The notes under the pieces were generated by a model. That model saw only the letters and a list, made by a program, of their open reading frames with translations. It was not told where the DNA came from and ran no database searches. Below, one piece after another: positions 49,280-59,311 of a DNA stretch of 64,000 nucleotides. Source of the stretch: Carcharhinus longimanus (Eukaryota); contig JASCQW010000027.1 in NCBI GenBank assembly GCA_030264375.1, forward strand, positions 100,592,214 to 100,656,213, in the 5' to 3' direction. The position numbers were made by a program, and so were the translations under genes. Every line of letters begins with the position of its first letter. The stretch's first letter is position 1.

Positions 49280-49414
49280 TTCAATTCTATGACTGTAACA
49301 CAACATTGTGCACTCTCTCCCTTCCTTCTCTATGTACAGTATAATTTGTCTGTAGCATACAAGAAACAATATGTTCCACTGTATACTAACTCGTGACAAT
49401 AATAAATCAAATCA
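49280..49414 (+). mobile_element. Rex1/Babar-type 3' UTR and tail
   Basis: CTGTAACAC...CAAGAAACAATATGTTCCACTGTATACTAACTCGTGACAATAATAAATCAAATCA. Confidence 0.6.
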
Positions 49415-49802
49415 TATAAGGGGGGAAAATTGACCTTTTTCAAACAGTGGGTAGTGGCATATCAGCCCGTTTTAAATCTGCTTGATATTTTTTCCATTGA
49501 AGTCAGTGGGCTGCCTATAAATTTTTGCCCATTTTATGCTGCTACTGATGATCAATTTCACCCCTTAATATTCGGAGTTGATGTTGTGGTATTGCTCAGG
49601 GACCAAAGAAAATGAATATCTCCTCCTGCAGCTGTTCATCCATCTCCTCAATGCTTTGGATCTGTATTGGTCCAGTGTAATTTTATTTTGGTGAGAAGGA
49701 AAGGAGGTCACGTGTCCTTTAAACTGCATGCCTACTCATCTCTTTTCTTAGTTAGTTTGACCTGTAGATTGCTTTCTATCCTGAGTAAAAGACAGCAATG
49801 CT

Positions 49803-50097
49803 TATTTATTAGTGTCACAAGTAGGCTTACATTAACACTGCAATGAAGTTAGTGTGAAAATTCCTTAGTCACCACACTCCGACCTCTGTTCGGGTACACT
49901 GAGGGAGAATTTAGCATGGCCAATATCCCTAACCAGCACGTCTTTTGGATCGTGGGAGGAAACTGAAGCACCCAGAGGAAACCCACACAAACACATGGAG
50001 AACGTGCAGATTCTACACAGACAGTGACCCAAGAGGAGAATTGAACATGCGTCCCTGGCACTGAGGCAGCAGTGCCAACCACTGTGCCACCGTGCCA
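49803..50097 (-). mobile_element. V-SINE with alternative tail
   Basis: Antisense TATTTATTAGTGTCACAAGTAGGCTTACATTAACACTGCAATGAAGTT...CACTGTGCCACCGTGCC. Confidence 0.92.
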
Positions 50098-51034
50098 TCC
50101 CTTTTCAAGGCAGACAGTGACCTTGCATTTTTTACTGTTATTTGATGTGCTAATTGTTTCCCAATTGTAATTCACAGCCAACTAAAGATTTGAGATATCC
50201 ATTTTTGAGTAAGTGCAAGCAAAAAACTTCACAGCAGCTTTGATATTTATTGCTTGCTTGTGCTCTTCAAATTTTTCTCACTTGCCTGTGTTTAAGCAAA
50301 TCTGTAGAGGCAGTTTAGTCGATAATAGATGCAAGCGTAATAGGATGTGTTCTGATAATGGACAATTTTCCTAATGTCCATGGACACGAGTTTGATGCAT
50401 TTCATTTCATAACATGTCTTAGCACCACTCCAAAAGGGGGGGAAAGTTATAAAGAAATGTAAACTACTGGACTAGAAAAAAAAAGCCTCTTTGCCATGTT
50501 TTGCATTAAAATTATTGAATTATTTATTATTTCCAATCAATATTTCACCATCTTGTCCCAATTATATCTCGGTTAATTTTGCTGCGCAAATAGAAATGGG
50601 GTGGTTCAATTGAAAATCAGCCATCTTAACACAAGTAATGTTGACCCAAGTTGAAGAAGCAGGGTGAACCATATTGGATGCTCACTGTGCTCTTGGAGAA
50701 TTGTCTATAAAAGATTTAGGATGACCACCAAACAAAAGACAATTAACTTTGTCCATAATGGGCTTATTGCACAGATGGTCCAATTATTGCACACTTACTG
50801 AACCTAAAACATGAGTTAATCCTTTTATTAATTGAAACTCATGCCTTCTGATTAAATGCCAAAGAAAATAGAACGAAAGGCAGTTCTTCCATTATACCTG
50901 AAGTCAGCTGCATGTGAATAAAGGAGCCCTGTAATTCAGACAGTGGGGTTCCACTGAAATATCCATTAATCAGTTTGCCTGTAATCACTGATTGCGTATT
51001 GCAATGGTCAGTTGAAATATTTGGAATGAGAATT

Positions 51035-51161
51035 GGGACAGGATCTTACGGCCTCTCTTGAGCAAGACTAGAAATTCCCATCCGGGGCTATCAGACATTT
51101 CCGTTGCCCACCCCTCCCCTGCTGCAATTCTGTAGCGAGCAGGGTGGTAGAATTTCCGTCC
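51035..51161 (+). mobile_element. ~130-bp MITE-like family copy
   Basis: GGGACAGGATCTTACGGCCTC...GTAGAATTTCCGTCC, similar to the reverse complement of 58097-58216. Confidence 0.5.
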
Positions 51162-51229
51162 TCACGGTCACAAAGACTGCTTACTTTCACCTCCCTCCAT
51201 CAGGAGCCAAATCTCCTGTGAAGTGGCAA

Positions 51230-51820
51230 TGACCGTCGGATCATCCAGGATAGGACTACCTGAGGGATGGAAGATCAGGGTCGATGTTATCTATCACTAT
51301 CTGTCACTTCCAAGCTCCACCCTTGTAACTCAACACTTTTTACTGTCTATTTTTGCTGCACCACAGCAGTCACCTTGCTTATTAACCTTGACCTCACTGA
51401 CTGTTCTTGATACCTGGTCTGCAAATATGCCAACTTTAAATTTCTCATTCTCATGTTTAACTTTCCTCTTAACCTTACCATCCCCTATGCTTGCTATCTT
51501 CTCTAGTCCAACAGTACCCCTTCTCCCCCTGTTAACTTTCTACTATTATGTCTTTCTGGCCACCTGTGCATCTCTTCCACTTCACCCCATTATTGGGGCC
51601 ATGAATTCAGCTCCCTCAATCCTATCTCGAAACTTGCCCCCTTCTCTAATTCCATTCTCTTCCCTTCCAACCTTCCATAATGTTCATCCTTTTGACCAGA
51701 TTTTTTGCCACCCCTTCTTAATATCTTATTTGGCTCAATAGCCTTTTTAATCCTTCCCTTTTAAATCAGTGAAACGCTTTGGGGCATTTTTCTACACTAA
51801 AGATGGTTTATGAATGCATA
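51230..51820 (+). mobile_element. Old L2-type LINE 3' region
   Basis: Pyrimidine-rich degenerate sequence ending TTTGACCAG...TTGGCTC...GTGAAACGCTTTGGGGCATTTTTCTACACTAAAG. Confidence 0.5.
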
Positions 51821-52361
51821 TTACTCTTTTTTCCCTTCCCCCAAGCACATTGGGTTTCTCAAAAATTGTCATTTAACCAGTCCTTAAAGAGCAATATCTT
51901 TTTTCTGGCGATATCCATACACTACATTTAAGCAATATAGCATATCATTTACAGAAAACAAATCACTTTTAAATTCACTCCTCAGCTCATCACCGACTTG
52001 TCATTTGAAAAAAATGCTCTGCACAGAAGAAAAAAAAAGACACTTAATTAGCTTGAAACTTTGTCATTCCCATATTCTTCTGTATCACCATTTTCCTGTA
52101 TTGAGTAGGCAAATTACCACAATGGTGTGTGCTGAGTCACAGAAATAGATTTGCACTGAACTTTTATTATCTTGTGCTGTTGCTTTTTGGGAGACTGTTT
52201 TCACGCAGGTAAGTACATAATTCTTCACTCGTTGGCTTTAGTCACAAGAGAACATATAAACCATCAAACCTTTCTTACAACAATTGTTGGAATAAGTCTC
52301 ATCTTCTTCGGTGAGTGAATCCATGGGTCTAGATATGGGAAGCTTACAAAGCTATTCTTAT

Positions 52362-52645
52362 TAGGCTTGTACTCGTTAGAGTTTAGAAGTATGAGGGGAG
52401 ATCTCATTGAGACGTATAAGATGATGAATGGGATGGATAGGATAGAGGTGGAGAGACTCTTCCCGCTNNNNNNNNNNNNNNNNNNNNNNNNNNNNNNNNN
52501 NNNNNNNNNNNNNNNNNNNNNNNNNNNNNNNNNNNNNNNNNNNNNNNNNNNNNNNNNNNNNNNNNNNCAGCCATGATCTTATTGAATGGCAGGGCAGGCT
52601 CGAAGGGCTAGTTGGCCTACTCCTGCTCCTATTTCTTATGTTCTC
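52362..52645 (+). mobile_element. Young CR1 3' end (contains a gap), same subfamily as 16535
   Basis: YSLEFRSMRGDLIETYKMMNGMDRIEVERLFP; tail GGCCTACTCCTGCTCCTATTTCTTATGTTC. Confidence 0.92.
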
Positions 52646-53766
52646 AAATCAGATAAGAATTTTTTTTTTGATTGAAACTGAGATGTTGTTTGAAATCAGG
52701 AAAAGCCAGTGACAGCCGAGAACTGCTGAAAATTGTTTTTTATCCTGCAGGGTGGGGATTGGTAGTTGGCGGTGAAGCATACTGAAATTTCCTTTTCAGA
52801 AAACTCTGCTCCTCTAGTAACAGCATTGCAGTATGAAACATATGTTTCATCAGCTCTTTCTGCACCCCGAACTATTTTAATCCTATTTTCTTTTAATGTT
52901 ATATTAATCGTGAAACCTTGATAATTACTGAGATCGTTGAGGGAAGAGTTAAACATGGTCAAGGTGTAATTTGGATTGGAAGAAGAATGATTTTGTCTCG
53001 GAAGTGTTTTTACCATTGGGAAGCTAATCTGTTTTCTGCTGTGTACATGGTTTCCATTGGCAAGGCCTCCGCCATTTCCAGCTGGATAGGGTTAGGATCT
53101 CAGGAACAAAGGGAAGCCTCAATCTTGATTTTGATCTTTGCTCTTCTACTTTTAGTTTCAGCACCTAAACATGGCAAACTGTTCTATCTATTACTTCGAA
53201 CTTCAGCAAAAAAGTGCGTTTTGGTAGTGCCAAAGACTGGTTTGTGAACCAGTAGAAGATGAGATTCAATCAAACTTGAATTTTGCTGAAGTCGATTTTT
53301 AAATTGGATTGAACTGTGTGTGATGTTGCTAGTTGCAGGCAATTTTCTTTAAGAGTCAGAGAGGAATGTTTTCAATGCATTGCTTTAGTTGTCGGTGCAC
53401 ATTCTCCCTTTCCCTTCAATTAATTTTTCCTTGTGTGAGAGAAATATCATTGTTGACTTTCTCAGTTCTCTAATTCAGGAAAAATTACCGTCATTCTCCT
53501 CTACCTCCACGTTTCTCAGTTACCAGTCTGTCCGATCTTCTATAAATATGAACAGTGCAAGCGATTGAAGTTCTTCCAGCTCATGTTTTCTCTTGCAGTT
53601 GACTGTCATCCAGCTGACTGGCAACATATTCATGTTTTTATTTTCCATTACTTGTACATGGAATTGCATAGAAATTACATCAAATAAATTACTTCCGTTC
53701 AAGCAGTCATGTCTACGTGTTTGGACTGCTTCCATACCTATCCATTTGTCTTATCTTCAAATATAT

Positions 53767-54220
53767 CACAGAATTGTTATTGTACAGAAGGAGGCCATTC
53801 AGCCCATCATGTCATAACCAGCTTTCCAAATGAGCGTCTTGACGTAGTGCCATTCTCCTGACTGTTCCCCATACCCTTGCACATTGTTTCCATTCAAATA
53901 ATCATCGAATGTCATCTTGATTGCCTCGATTGAACCTGCCACCACTGCTCTTCAAGGCAGTGCATTGCAAACCTGAACCATTCTTTGCATGAATAAGTTT
54001 TTTCCTCACAACACATTTGATTACTTTAAATCTGTGCCCTCTCGTTATTAATCCTTTTCCAAGTGGGAGCATTTTCTCCCTGTCTATTCTGTCCAGCGCC
54101 CTCATGATATTGAACACATCTATCAAGTCTGCCCTCAGCCTTCATCTCTGCAAGAACAGACCCATTTCTCCAATCTATCCTTGTAACTGAAGTTTTTCAT
54201 TCCTGAAATAATTCTTGTAA
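53767..54220 (-). mobile_element. CR1 3' fragment
   Basis: IDVFNIMRALDRIDREKMLPLGKGLITRGHRFKVI. Confidence 0.88.
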
Positions 54221-54321
54221 ACAATATCAACATTTCTTAATAAAACTCAATACCTCATTCCTCTCTTTCAGTTAACTACTGATTTCTATGTAATGTTCTT
54301 CATAACCTCATTGTTTACCGA

Positions 54322-54403
54322 CTTTGAGAAAGGGTCATCTGGACTCAAAACATAAACTCTTTCCTCTCCTTGCAGATGCTGCCAGACCTGCAGAGATTTT
54401 GCA
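54322..54403 (+). mobile_element. Second Penelope-like terminal-repeat family with decayed hammerhead-like motif
   Basis: TTGAGAA-A-GGGTC-ATCTG-GACTC-AAAA-CAT followed by CAGATGCTGCCAGACCTGC. Confidence 0.5.
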
Positions 54404-54729
54404 NNNNNNNNNNNNNNNNNNNNNNNNNNNNNNNNNNNNNTCTTTTCCTGAAGACGTTCTTTTCCAAACATCCAATCGCTGTTTGCTAACTCACCACATG
54501 ACTATCTTTAACATCTGAGCGTGTATCTGCAAACTGCGAGAGAGAGGAAGGCCATTAAAGACCCACTTTGTCGTAGCCAGTGTTAACTATTGCATGCACT
54601 TTGTAGCAATAATTCACTGGAGATCCAGGATTCAGTAATTCGAGATCCAGGAGAATTAAAATGACAACTGTTCTAATTTATGACTAACTCTGTTACATGA
54701 TTAAACCAAGCCAATAATTGAACTGCATA

Positions 54730-54764
54730 TGACCTTAAATCCATGTGTAATGGATTTAAGGTCA
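54730..54764. repeat. Perfect inverted repeat
   Basis: TGACCTTAAATCCAT-gtgta-ATGGATTTAAGGTCA, 15-bp arms. Confidence 0.95.
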
Positions 54765-54876
54765 ACAATGCTTTTGTTGACATTTGTTCCCAATTTTGCT
54801 GAGACATTACCTTTTAATCATTTGAAGTTTCCTTCATGCTCCTTAAGTCTCAAGCCACATTGTTCATTTATCAGGA

Positions 54877-55120
54877 TGACAAGTAGGCTTGCAATGAAGT
54901 TACTGTGAAAATCCCCAAGTCGCCACACTCCAGCAGTACGCTGAGGGAGAATTCAGCAGGGCCAAAGCACCTAACCAAGCATGTCTTTCAGACTGTGGAA
55001 AGAAATCAAAGCACAGTGAGGAAACCCATGCAAACACTGGGGGAATATGCAAACTCGGCACAGATAGTGACCCAAGCCAGGAATTGAACCCCGGTCCCTG
55101 CTGCTGTGAGGCAGCAGTGC
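54877..55120 (-). mobile_element. V-SINE with alternative tail
   Basis: Antisense ACAAGTAGGCTTGCAATGAAGTTACTGTGAAAATCCCC...GTGAGGCAGCAGTGC. Confidence 0.85.
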
Positions 55121-56522
55121 CATGTTGAGAACCACATCAAATGTTTAGTTTCCTGCCTTCCAAGCTTGTAACCAGTTCAAAGATCGAAGCTAACTTGTTG
55201 CAAACTACAGTTTGTAGCAAAGTATTAATAAATCACAGACCGCTTTGTTTGTTTCCTAAGACACGGAATCCACACAAGTGCCAAAGATCCAATTGCGGAA
55301 TCTCACATTATTTTAGATAAGTGACAAAGTTTTGATGTTGTTGTCAGTGGAACATTTGGATTGATAGAAGAATGATTTTGTCTCAGCGATGCATTTAAAA
55401 TCCTGTGGGAAGGAAAAAGTGTTTCTTTTGCAGGAAAAGCCCTTGATTAAAGTATTATGGGTTCACTTAAAGCAAGTATAATTTATTTCTATGAAGCTGT
55501 CAGTTTGCAACACATTGAAAATTGAATTGTATGTGGTGAGGTTGCATTAACATTTTATAAATGCAGTTGTCACTTGAGGAATTACGGAGGATTTTTATTA
55601 GAAACAGGCACATTCTTCCTTTTGACATTTACCATTAGTGCTTGCTGTACAATGCAATTTTCTTCCTCAAACATTTTTGAGCAGTTCTGAGTAATTTTCT
55701 GTCTTTTGAGGTTTATAAAACGGCATCAACCGCACCATTTTCCTTCAGCCAATGCACCACCCCCAACCCCATATCATATCTCATTTCCAGAATAAGTTGA
55801 TCACCATTTCCTCATTGACAGCTGAGAGGAGAGGACTGAAAATTCTATCTTTTCTTCATGTTGAGCAGTTCTGTCAAGCAAGCAGCAATATTTTCATCTC
55901 CTTACATGCAAAGCTAGAAACTCCTGAAGAAAAAAGGCACAACATTATCATCAGTAGCTCCTGTTTTTTGAATGCTATGGGCACTGTTTGCGGTCCAGAA
56001 CAGTGTCCACTGCACACTTCCGCTGTGATCCAGATCTGGCTCCACCTTTGTAAAGGACAAGCAAAAAATGTTGTTGACTCATGCCTGACATTGCCTTTGG
56101 TCCATGTGGGTATTCAAATAAGGGACTAATGCTTGCTTCAGGTCCCTGCTGCAACTTTGGTTTGTCTTGAGGCAGTCAGCACTTTTTGCCATGGCAAAAA
56201 ACGATGCTAAACACCAGACAAGCAAATAAAAAATGAATGATTGCCATAATCACTCCTGTTCCAGGCCCCGAGAACTCTGGCATCACCCCAGCCCCTGACT
56301 TCCAGGCCACGCTTCATTGATCTGGAGTTATTTGAGGACCCTGACTTCCGAGCAGCCCCACCCCTTAATGGCACATTCCGTGCTGAGTATCGTCTTATCC
56401 ATTTACCTAATCTACTCCAAAACCTTGTATGCAAATTGGAATGCTAATCTGTGAGGGCTCCTACTACAGTTTGATCGACATAATGAGTTGGAGGCCTGAA
56501 CTCTGGCACTGCTAACTGCTAA

Positions 56523-56570
56523 CAAATAAATAGGTTGGACTAAAACCTGGTGTTGTCAGACTTTTTACTG
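56523..56570 (+). mobile_element. Single-arm fragment of palindromic Penelope-like element
   Basis: CAAATAAATAGGTTGGACTAAAACCTGGTGTTGTCAGACTTTTTACTG; ACTGCTAAC at 56515-56523 and 56567-56575. Confidence 0.7.
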
Positions 56571-58096
56571 CTAACTCCCCCTTTCAACGCTTACTGTTAA
56601 TTCTGTGTAAGTTATGTGTCCAATAGTAATTACATCACACTTTCACAATTGATTTAAGAGACGAGAGACAAGAGGAACCAACAAATCATGTGTTTAAAGT
56701 TACTGTTTAAAAAAAAAGGTGAAGGTCAGGTTTTTAAAAAAAAGTTAACACAAAAAGATCTGGGCCAAGTGAATAAGAGGCGAGAAAGGAAGGTTGGGCA
56801 AGGACATCTGAAATATTGACCAATTAGGATTTCACATTTAACCTTTCAGTTGTGCAACTGGTTTTACTGAACCTCAGAACTGAAAAAGGTTGGCAAGCCA
56901 TCTGGACAACTGCATGTCTTGTGATGAGATGTGGTGATCTTGTTCGGCTCTGTTTTCAGGTTTCGTTGCACCTTTTATGCCAATTCATCATGACCACCAA
57001 TTGGTCAAATTCCTTCCCACCTTTATTATGTCGCACTTGGATGAAAGCAGTTTTGTTGCCAGCTTCTGAAAGCCTGTAGCAGATGTGTTGAGTTTCAATG
57101 GACTTGCACCACAAACTGTAGGCAGCCGGCATTGAACAATTACCTCTAGTTATGCTGAAGACAAATTGCATAATGCAGCCGCTGAAAGCAATTGTATGTG
57201 TAATTATCCTTCCAGAATAGTTACTGTACAGCAAGAATTGTGCAAAAATACAATTGTTTTGCAAACGCATATAATTACTAAACACAATGTTTGTATATGA
57301 TTGAAATAGTATAACCATACAAAGGAAACTGCATTTAACACAAAGATCCATTTAATTGGATAACGTTTAATTGGGTTACGCCTGTGCCAATTTGTAAAGT
57401 TTCATTGGCATCTGATGCCAATAATTCCTGGTTTTTGTTTTCCATTGCAGCCCTGTGATCGGGACGGGCGTTCAGTTATTAATCCTGCTTCTGATTGCCA
57501 TCTAGTGACTTATTTGGAACATGTTCTTGCAGAGGGCCGCTCCTGTTGTTAAATAGCTTGTTCAAACATTATTGTTTCTCGACTGAAGAATGGCGATGCA
57601 GTCCCGGAAGACACCTGACCTGTGTAGATCCATATCCGGTGCTATGTTTGTATCTTCCGAGGACGAGGAGGAACGAGAAAAGAGAGAAAAACAAATGATG
57701 GAAAGATAACCTGAAAGCTGAAGTTATGTCTATTTAGAGATAACTGCCACGTCAATGAGTGGTGTCAGTTTTTCTGTATCAAATGGAACTCCGAGGTAGT
57801 AGCATGGGGTCCTTTTTCAGTGGGCCAATTTTGTGTTGGAGGCAGTGACATTCCATTTAAAATACGTATCATGGAGGCTGACCAAGCAGTCACGTGGTGG
57901 CTGGCAATCATGGGGCATTCTCACGGGGGGAAGAGAAGCAAAAGGAGAGGCATACCTGCTGAATCTCTTTCTGAAATAGTCAGACAATTTATTGGATTGA
58001 GAGACGGGGAAAGAGACAGAAAGGGAGTGGGAAAACAAAATACATATTTTCAGAATCTCCAAGAATAATTAAACTCTGGAGGAATGAGAGTCCATC

Positions 58097-58216
58097 GCCG
58101 GAATTCTACTGCTCCGCCCGCCATGTAATCGGAGCGAGCGAGGGGCGGACAATGTCCGTTGAGCTCGAGCAGGACTTTTTCCATCTCGCTTGAGCGAAGC
58201 CATAAAATCCCACCTC
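58097..58216 (-). mobile_element. ~130-bp MITE-like family copy
   Basis: Shares AATCGGAGC..GCGAGG..GGACAATG..GTCC.TTGA.CTCG..TAAAATCCCACC with 59210-59311. Confidence 0.6.
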
Positions 58217-58849
58217 ACGTGATGATTATTTTTCATCGTCAGTGAATGGGCAGTAATTAATGTTTATAGCATCATAAACTAACTTCGGAATTAAGTGGCC
58301 AAGGCCTAACATTCGGTGGCAAGTTTCCTTTAAACGTAGCATGCAAAGAAAGCAACTTCTGTTGTTCAATTCACCTCACTGATGAAGTCGAGAGCACGAT
58401 AATGCTTTTGTAAAGCAGCACTGCACAAGAAACACTCGACTGCAACTTTTGGATTTCTGTGTTTAACTATGATGCTCACCTCAGCAATTGCACATAAAAT
58501 GAACCAGCACCTCATTGTTCCTGGTAACCAGCTTGCCTCTAATGAACTGCCTGTTCAGCTCTTACAGGAGTTTGTATAAAGACTGGGGAGGACCGGAAGG
58601 TGATTTTCGTTTTGTGGTTCAGTAAAACCAATCTAGTTTCAGGTTAATGGGTGCAATGCGGGGAGCATTACTCTGAGTGGTTTGACCATCTTTTCGCTTT
58701 CAAAAAAAATTGTGTCCAGTGTTCAAATTAGACATTACCAAAAATACAATACAATTCAAACTCTTTTCATTCTTTCACAAAATGAGTTGCATTTATATCA
58801 TAATTTTCATGAGGTCTTAAATTCGCAAAGCACCTCACACCCAGTGTAC

Positions 58850-59175
58850 CATAGAATCCCTGCAGTGTCCAAAGAGGCCATTCAGCTCTTCAAGTCTGCA
58901 CTGACTCTCCAAAAGCACATCCCATTCAGGCCCTCCACTTTTCCCTATGCCCATAACTCCGCTCTTTACCATGGCTAGCCTACACATCCTTGGGCACCAA
59001 GGGGCAATTTAGCATAGTCAATCCACCTAACTTGCAAATATTTGGACTGTGGGAGGAAACTGGAACATCTGGAGGAAACCCACATGGATGTGGGGAGAAT
59101 GCGCAAATTCCATCCAAGGCTGAAATTGAACCCGTGTCCCTGTAAGATAGCAGTGCTAACGCCTGTGCTATCCTG
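58850..59175 (-). mobile_element. HE1-type V-SINE with CR1-like tail
   Basis: Antisense CATAGAATCCCTGCAGTG...GAGGCCATTCAGC...GGCAATTTAGCATAG...TTTGGACTGTGGGAGGAAAC...GCAGTGCTAAC. Confidence 0.88.
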
Positions 59176-59209
59176 CTGCCCCATAAAGTACTTTGAAATG
59201 TAATTGCTA

Positions 59210-59311
59210 CACGGAAATCGGAGCAGGCGAGGAAAGGACAATGGGAAGGTCCATTGACCTCGGGTGGAATTCTCTCGTTTCGGGACAAGCGAGGCTGTAA
59301 AATCCCACCCC
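59210..59311 (-). mobile_element. ~130-bp MITE-like family copy (partial)
   Basis: Homologous to 58097-58216. Confidence 0.6.

Noticed and set aside
51223-51741. 172-aa hydrophobic ORF
   Set aside because: Lies in a pyrimidine-rich decayed L2-like region; the Leu/Ser/Pro/Phe bias reflects base composition.
55690-55923. Strong minus-strand acceptor (CCTTTTTTCTTCAG) suggesting a coding exon
   Set aside because: All three frames reach a stop within about 17 codons.
57793-57802. GAGGTAGTAG resembling let-7
   Set aside because: Only 10 nt match; the rest of the mature sequence and a precursor hairpin are absent.
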